64,000 nt of DNA from Clostridia bacterium (lineage in GTDB: Bacteria > Bacillota > Clostridia > Christensenellales > CAG-138), in the NCBI GenBank assembly GCA_035399665.1, contig DAOPJM010000007.1:2309-66308 (forward strand), given 5' to 3'. The notes under the pieces were generated by a model that was not told the origin of the DNA, made no database searches, and saw only the letters and a list, made by a program, of their open reading frames with translations. A program made the translations under genes and the position numbers. Positions 62,498 to 64,000 of this stretch are shown here, piece after piece (the stretch's first letter is position 1; the number at the start of each line of letters is the position of its first letter).

Positions 62498-63810
62498 GCG
62501 CCCGTCACGATCATACGCGCAAAAACCATATCGTGATCGCCTATGCCGTACTCTCTAAGTTGAATAACCTCCGCATCCTGCGGTACTATGCCGTCGGTAT
62601 AGAGTATGTTGTCCAATATCTTCGGTACGGTACCGTCCCCGAAGGTGTTTTCGGTGATGTTGGTGAACCTAAGATATGGCAGAAAGCCGTCCAACGCACC
62701 CGGTGAACAGTTAAAATCACCCGCGACCACATACTTTGCTATGCCGCTGAGCCTCAGCTCATAATCCAACGACCAAAGATTGAGCGACTTAAAGCACATC
62801 GGGGCATCCGAAATATGCGTAAAAAATACGGACACCGCGCCGTCGTCGGTGAGTATACGCGCATACCCCAAGGAACGCGGCTCATGCTTATGGATTACGG
62901 TCAGTTTCCTGTTAAAGGCGTCAATGAGGGGATACTTGCTCAACAGCACAGAACCATATTCCCCGCCCTTATAGCGCATCGCGGGGGCATAGAAGTAATA
63001 GGGATAGCCCGCTGCCTTGGCAAGCTCCAACGGAATATCTCTGCCGCCCACCCTCTCCGTGCCACAGTCCACCTCTTGCAGGCACACTACATCTGCACCC
63101 ACGTTCTTTATCAACTCGCCCGCTTCAAGGACAGAAGCTCCGTCATTAAGGTTATGCACATTCCAACTGCATATGCTAAACTCCTTGCGTGCCTTGGATT
63201 TGCAGTCAGCTTGCGTAACAGACACGAAATCCTTGTGAACGTAAGCGGCATTCCCGCAGTACAGTATTTCGCACCAATCACCGCTTTGTGACAGCACCCG
63301 ATAGCTCTCGCCAAGCTCGGCCGAACCAATGACAGAGGCGGTCAATCTGCCCTCGCTTCTCACATTGACCTTGGTCTCGCAGTTGGATATAACGCCCATG
63401 GAAACGCTTTCGGCAAGCTTGTATGTATCGTTAGCATCCGGCGATGGGAAGGCGGTCGCCCACAGCGGCGTTGGAGAGGCCGTGCTGCCGTCCTCAAGCA
63501 GCTTTGGGGTGGACGGGGGTATTGGCACGAAGGTAATCTCCGGACTTAATTCAAGCTCACCCGCGGGGCTTGAGGTAGTCTCCTGCTCGGCGTCAGCGGA
63601 AGCTTCCGGCTGCTTCTCGCTCTGCTCTTTTGTTGGAGCTATTGTCACAATAATCACGGTATCGGCGTTTATGGTCTCAAAAGCCGCAGACGAGGGCGAA
63701 GGTGAAACCGTGAGCTGAACTGTATTGGCTTTGCAGGCGCACAAAACCACGACCGCCAAAAGCAGCGAGAAAACGACGAACGCTGTAAATTCTCCTTGTT
63801 TCCCTTTCAT
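62494..63810 (-). CDS. Endonuclease/exonuclease/phosphatase (EEP)-family lipoprotein with an SH3b domain
   Basis: Start ATG 63810 (MKGKQGEFTAFVVFSLLLAVVVLCAC, lipobox-like). S/P/T/E-rich linker, SH3b-like segment (VNVRSEGRLTASVIGSAELGESYRVLSQSGDWCEILY), and a C-terminal EEP fold (ICSWNVHNLN...CLQEV...GDFN...DHDMV). Confidence 0.7.
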   Translation of the reverse strand: MKGKQGEFTAFVVFSLLLAVVVLCACKANTVQLTVSPSPSSAAFETINADTVIIVTIAPTKEQSEKQPEASADAEQETTSSPAGELELSPEITFVPIPPSTPKLLEDGSTASPTPLWATAFPSPDANDTYKLAESVSMGVISNCETKVNVRSEGRLTASVIGSAELGESYRVLSQSGDWCEILYCGNAAYVHKDFVSVTQADCKSKARKEFSICSWNVHNLNDGASVLEAGELIKNVGADVVCLQEVDCGTERVGGRDIPLELAKAAGYPYYFYAPAMRYKGGEYGSVLLSKYPLIDAFNRKLTVIHKHEPRSLGYARILTDDGAVSVFFTHISDAPMCFKSLNLWSLDYELRLSGIAKYVVAGDFNCSPGALDGFLPYLRFTNITENTFGDGTVPKILDNILYTDGIVPQDAEVIQLREYGIGDHDMVFARMIVTGA

Positions 63811-63855
63811 GCTGTAAAGTATAGCACCACAGCTCTCTGAAAGCAAGAAAAGGTA

Positions 63856-63884
63856 TTTACACAAATGCAACATTATGGTATAAT
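63856..63884 (+). promoter_or_regulatory. Strong promoter TTTACA - 17 nt - TGgTATAAT
   Basis: -35 at 63856-63861, -10 at 63879-63884 with extended TG. Confidence 0.6.
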
Positions 63885-63911
63885 TTCTTATATTATTAAA
63901 AGGTGATTCAC

Positions 63912-64000
63912 ATGACTGACCGTAACGGCGTAACCATTCCGGATATGTACGCTCCCATAAGCCCTTGGGCCTACTTTGGACTAACCTTGCTGTACAATGT
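63912..64000 (+). CDS. 5' end of an unidentified ORF (MTDRNGVTIPDMYAPISPWAYFGLTLLYN...), runs off the right edge
   Basis: ATG 63912 is preceded by AAAAGGTGA. Only 29 codons are visible. Confidence 0.3.
   Translation, partial: MTDRNGVTIPDMYAPISPWAYFGLTLLYN

Noticed and set aside
1-64000. Scanned for CRISPR arrays, tRNA/rRNA genes, transposases/integrases, toxin-antitoxin pairs and recognisable phage-defence genes.
   Set aside because: None were seen. The only tandem repeat is the coding RCC1-like array, and the largest non-coding gap is about 350 nt. The window looks like core chromosome rather than an island.

Overview
The window is a 64-kb stretch of chromosome, about 55% GC and densely coding. 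It probably comes from a Bacillota (Clostridia-type) organism. This is inferred from a perfect CIRCE element, GGAGG-type ribosome-binding sites, frequent TTG/GTG starts and the gene content. I found no rRNA, tRNA, CRISPR array, transposase, integrase or prophage genes.

Most of the window is core metabolism and housekeeping:
- Glycolysis, cell wall and repair: pgi, a SEDS RodA/FtsW-like gene, mutS2, mgtE, pfkA, ahcY, an EF-G2-like paralog, thrC, rarA and typA.
- Purine breakdown: an adenine deaminase plus three-subunit xanthine-dehydrogenase operon.
- Other functions: a GH36 alpha-galactosidase, PepF, a nucleoside-type BMP/ABC transporter, and a CssRS-like two-component system with HtrA.

The stretches most worth a second look are:
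1. A self-contained Wzz / BY-kinase / PHP-phosphatase operon. Its first gene is a PBP5-like protein with a degenerate active site, and there are no polysaccharide genes nearby.
2. A lipoprotein built from 14 RCC1-like blades with an invariant 38-residue period.
3. An 819-aa CoA-disulfide-reductase / rhodanese / TusA / DsrE fusion in an operon with trxA. It has a Crp-type palindrome centred near -41 and a Crp/Fnr regulator next door.
4. A BMP substrate-binding lipoprotein whose signal peptide is out of frame with its mature domain.
5. A perfect CIRCE operator in front of hsp20, next to an orphan WYL regulator that has a 24-bp palindrome over its own -35 box.
6. Two promoters positioned so that the transcripts would be leaderless.

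All protein calls rest on motif recognition by eye in the supplied or self-made translations. No database search was possible. I did not find a clear novel multi-gene system beyond the candidates listed here.
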